Positions 63,806-64,000 of a DNA stretch of 64,000 nt are shown one piece after another. The notes below the pieces were generated by a model. The model saw nothing but the letters and a program-made list of their open reading frames with translations. It was not told the origin of the DNA and did no database searches. A program made the translations under genes and the position numbers. Numbering within the stretch: the first letter of the stretch is position 1; the number at the start of each line of letters is the position of its first letter. Source of the DNA: an uncultured bacterium (GTDB lineage: Bacteria; Patescibacteriota; Saccharimonadia; UBA4664); the NCBI GenBank assembly GCA_963720265.1, contig CAVRET010000002.1, positions 814,069-878,068 of the forward strand, in the 5' to 3' direction.

Positions 63806-64000
63806 TCAGGATGCCAAGAGTGTTGAGCCCGACGAGACTTCGATCTGTTTTGATTTATTGATTAGGTCATCTTCAAACTGCTTGATTCCGGCAACTGATG
63901 GCTCGTAATCACTCGTGTCGGGAAAGTCCAGTGACATTATTGATTGCCAGACGGCTTGAATGATGAGCGATAACCGTTCAACATCAGCATCAGAGATTTC
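63806..64000 (-). CDS. hypothetical protein, 3' end only (start beyond window)
   Basis: The minus-strand frame is open from the window edge to the TGA at 63806-63808 (65 codons). Absent from the ORF track because there is no Met in the window. Confidence 0.25.
   Translation of the reverse strand, partial: EISDADVERLSLIIQAVWQSIMSLDFPDTSDYEPSVAGIKQFEDDLINKSKQIEVSSGSTLLAS

Noticed and set aside
1-64000. CRISPR arrays, rRNA genes, tRNA genes
   Set aside because: No regularly spaced short direct repeats, no rRNA-like conserved stretches, and no convincing tRNA cloverleaf candidates were found on visual scan of either strand.

Overview
The window is a mosaic of an accessory region, and most gene calls are by sequence motif only. 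(1) Positions 1 to about 22,000 are high-GC (roughly 60-70%). This part carries an actinobacterial-type mobile module: a WhiB1-like regulator, an FtsK/TraD/VirD4-like P-loop ATPase, a replication-relaxation family protein, a DUF3768 protein, and a complete IS4-family insertion sequence with target-site duplication. It also has a 686-aa protein built from about six tandem LuxR-type HTH domains. A roughly 590-nt ORF-free, hairpin-rich transcript unit sits at about 15.28-15.87 kb, driven by a perfect consensus sigma70 promoter; I read it as a candidate large structured ncRNA. (2) About 22-32 kb is lower GC (about 42-50%). It holds a small-molecule detox operon (VOC, DHFR-family reductase, aldehyde dehydrogenase, RidA, YciI-like) and envelope proteins (RDD, DUF4190 paralogues, one fused to a pseudopilin-like domain), followed by an IS5-family element. 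(3) About 33.3-46.3 kb is a dense toxin-antitoxin and defence accretion island. It contains RelE plus antitoxin, HicAB twice, BrnTA, VapBC, a CPBP/Abi protease, GNAT, NUDIX, Ham1-like, HhH-GPD-like, an IS200/IS605 element, and a sortase with a BNR-repeat substrate. The units are separated by a recurring conserved motif of about 20 nt (AGCATAAGTGCCTTGGTGG). That motif sits at the start of a repeated small HTH gene (100-105 aa) present in intact and decayed copies. This resembles tandem site-specific accretion of cassettes or elements. (4) About 46.7-53.4 kb shows rearrangement scars. There is a 660-bp duplication of the 3' end of a TolB-propeller/SGNH-hydrolase gene, fused to a 3'-truncated IS5 copy that carries a -1 frameshift site. 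There is also a large-serine-recombinase fragment fused in-frame to another copy of the small HTH gene. (5) About 53.4-56.9 kb is a cluster of nucleotide hydrolases and a kinase (P-loop kinase, HD, MazG, Ppx/GppA, NUDIX, ASCH). (6) About 57.9-63.6 kb is a three-gene Shango-like defence system: a TM2-domain/TerB-like protein, a P-loop ATPase, and an Lhr-like helicase. No CRISPR array, rRNA or convincing tRNA was seen.
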